DNA from: Eledone cirrhosa
Taxonomy: Eukaryota
Assembly: GCA_964016885.1 (NCBI GenBank)
Contig: OZ024741.1
Span: 83,576,001 to 83,640,000, forward strand
Length of the DNA stretch: 64,000 bases
Reading direction: 5' to 3'
A program made the translations under genes and the position numbers. How positions within the stretch are numbered: the stretch's first letter is position 1; each line of letters starts with the position of its first letter. The notes under the pieces were generated by a model that saw only the letters and a program-made list of their open reading frames with translations, made no database searches and was not told the DNA's origin. Below are positions 59,511 through 64,000 of the stretch, in pieces.

Positions 59511-59705
59511 CTGTATATATATATATATATTGTATATATATATATATATTGCATATAGATTTTGAGTTTATGTTGGTTGTATGCCAACACCTCAGTATGC
59601 AGCCTTGAGCACTCGACGAAGTGCGCAGGTTGGTTTGGTTACTCCGGAGTAGTGTAAAATAAAGTTAAATAAAAGTCAAATGATTAAAATTTAGCTTCGT
59701 TTATT

Positions 59706-59760
59706 ACTGCTATATATATTTCAGTGACAGCCATCTTTGGCTGTGACCTCTTCAGGCAGT
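59706..59760 (-). ncRNA. Minimal type I hammerhead ribozyme with (AU)n stem III
   Basis: ACTGC-CTGAAGA-GGTcACAGCC aaagat GGCTGTcACT-GAAA-TATATA-TA-GCAGT. Confidence 0.88.
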
Positions 59761-60940
59761 TTGAATTAGTATGGTATAGACAAGTACATATGTTGTTTAG
59801 GTGTATGATATTGTCAATACTCTGATATGCCCAGTTCCTTGCTGGGTTGTTAATTCACTGGGAACTGGAGTCATATGAATTCAAACAAACGAATTTTCGT
59901 GTCACAGGTCCCCTTCTCCTCTCATTGGTCAGTTATTAGTGTTGTCATTGTTGGAGTTAGCTTAAAAATTGATAAAATGGTAGAAGGTACAAGGTGTTGA
60001 AGGAACAAAATATCAAAAAATGTGTCAAACTTCCCATTGTTCAGTTCTGAGAGCATTCCTCAATCAGAAGTCTATAGAATTCTTTCTTGAGTGAGGCTCC
60101 CTGTAGTGTTTATGCCTGCTATTGTTCAGTACATTTGACCTCCACCATTATTTTGGTACTGTTGTTGTAGTGGTCAGCTTATATCTTGCTGCTGCTAACA
60201 ATTTAGAAGTATTCAGTTTGTGTTTTCTCTTCATCCCACCCGCCACCATCGTAGTGGTGGTGGCGGGGGGTGGGTGTTATTTCATGTATATGAAGAAATA
60301 TAAGGCAATAAATGAAGAAAACAGAAGATAAATAAATAATATAATAAAATAAAATAATTAATATAATTTGTGTAATTTGAAAATAAATAAATAAATAGAG
60401 AATAAAGAATAAAGAGTAAATGAGAGATTGGTGAAAAAGTAATGATAATGTATATGGAGAAGTGAGAAATAATGTAGGATAAAGTGTGTGTGTGTGTGTG
60501 CTATAACCAATCTCAAGGTCAGAATCTGTTGGATAGATTGGTATGATACAAGATGTTAAGATGAGATATTCAATGTGTTTGTGTTATAATCTATCTCAAC
60601 TTAAAATAAATATAAGGTTATACAGTGAAGAGGGCAGAAAACAAATAACAAATTAATATAGAGAAATCAAGATTTAAGATTGGAACTTTAAAGTCAGAAA
60701 TCTGGTAAATTAAAGTGTTTGTGTTATAGATGTTGGCCAGATTATTATGGCTGTGTCCGATTCTGTCTCTAGGCGATCATGGTGTCTGCTCCGCCTGGGT
60801 TGTTCCCTATGGCTTGAGGGAGTTCACAACCTAGGGTGTTGTAATTGTCCATATAGCTTGAGGGAGGTCTGGCCGAGAGGTGTTTTCATGTTCTGTAGAA
60901 GTCCCTATAGCTTGAGGGGAGTTCACATCTTCTTGTGTTG

Positions 60941-61610
60941 CTACTGTACATATATTTTGAGAAAGGTCCCGGCTCTAAGGTGTCTGCATGTCCCGAAGAA
61001 GTCGGTTCTGAGGTTTATCAGGCCGCTTCCACCTCTTAGTATCTCGAGGGTCTCGTTCAGGCATAGTTTGCATATGCAAGATCCCCCTTTATCGGGTGGT
61101 ACTTTCCTGATTATGTACCAGGCCAGAGAGTATGGGGTCCTGTCCAGCTTAAGCTTCCAGATCAGGTCGGAGAGAGCTGTGCTTTTCCTTTTGGCCTCCT
61201 TCTTGAATGAATGGCGATGGTTGTACCAGCGGTCCTTAAAGCTCGTTGATGTGGCTCCTATGTAGAGGTGTTCGGAGTTGGGGGTTTTAACCCTACAACC
61301 GTACACTATGTTCTTCTTGAGACATTCATTACCAAGGGGGCATGATTCGGGGTTTCTACAGTTGCAGAGGGTGGGCGGCCTCTGCGTGCTTAGATTAGGG
61401 TTCTCATTATGTGTTACATGTTGGTCTTCCCCCATGCTCGGTGGGGGGTCCTTGGGTCTGTTTGTGTTTCTTGGGTGGGCTCTGGGTCCCCCCTTCCCTC
61501 CTTTCACATGGTTCTGCTGAGTGTTTGTATTGCCATCTTCTGGTTGTGTGTGGTTTTTAAGCCTACTTCTGTTGATGCTAGCTATGTGTTGGGCCAAATT
61601 TCTCGTGGTG
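60941..61610 (-). pseudogene. PLE linker + GIY-YIG endonuclease (5'-truncated)
   Basis: STTRNLAQHI...CNCRNPESCPLGNEC..IVYGC..YIGATSTSFKDR..CKLCLNE..LINLR..CRH. The first residues of the listed ORF come from the inverted pLTR. Confidence 0.9.
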
Positions 61611-61781
61611 GAATTCATATGACTGCAGTTCCCCAGTGAATTAACAACCCAGCAAGGAACTGGGCATATCAAAGTATTGACAATATCATACACCTAAACA
61701 ACATATGTACTTGTCTATACCATACTAATTCAAACTGCCTGAAGAGGTCACAGCCAAAGATGGCTGTCACTGAAATATATA

Positions 61782-64000
<2,219 letters not shown>

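Larger units (their letters stand above)
59556..61781 (-). mobile_element. 5'-truncated Hydra-type PLE with inverted pseudo-LTR
   Basis: EN region 60941-61610 (-), 3' UTR, HHR at 59706-59760; 61611-61781 inverts ~59711-59882. Confidence 0.9.

Overview
Eukaryotic, extremely AT-rich repeat region, probably from a cephalopod (Octopus-like); this is inferred from the tRNA-derived SINEs and the LINE 3' tail. About half the window is interrupted (TA)n microsatellite, and nearly every island between the TA tracts is a mobile element. These include: two near-full-length CR1/L2-group LINEs (APE endonuclease + RT) in divergent orientation plus a further 3' fragment; a non-autonomous Helitron; two copies of an RTE-clade LINE 3' fragment; six GIY-YIG-encoding pieces of Penelope-like elements (PLEs), four retaining the CxCx5Cx5C linker typical of the Hydra clade; and many short non-coding elements. 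Reading both strands by hand shows about 30 type I hammerhead ribozyme (HHR) motifs in roughly 14 families. They lie in PLE pseudo-LTRs and in 310-590 nt circularly permuted, retrozyme-like monomers, and two unrelated families carry a compensatory U3-A8 catalytic core. Both LINE families share an in-frame T_TTT_TTA slippery heptamer leading into an AUG-less ORF2 in the -1 frame, which suggests programmed ribosomal frameshifting. One LINE ORF1 combines a Myb/SANT-like domain with a CCCH finger. The window also holds a 3 kb palindrome, two tandem segmental duplications, a 200-N gap and at most one candidate host exon. All IYIY-type ORFs are microsatellite artefacts. RNA structures were paired by eye, not computed.
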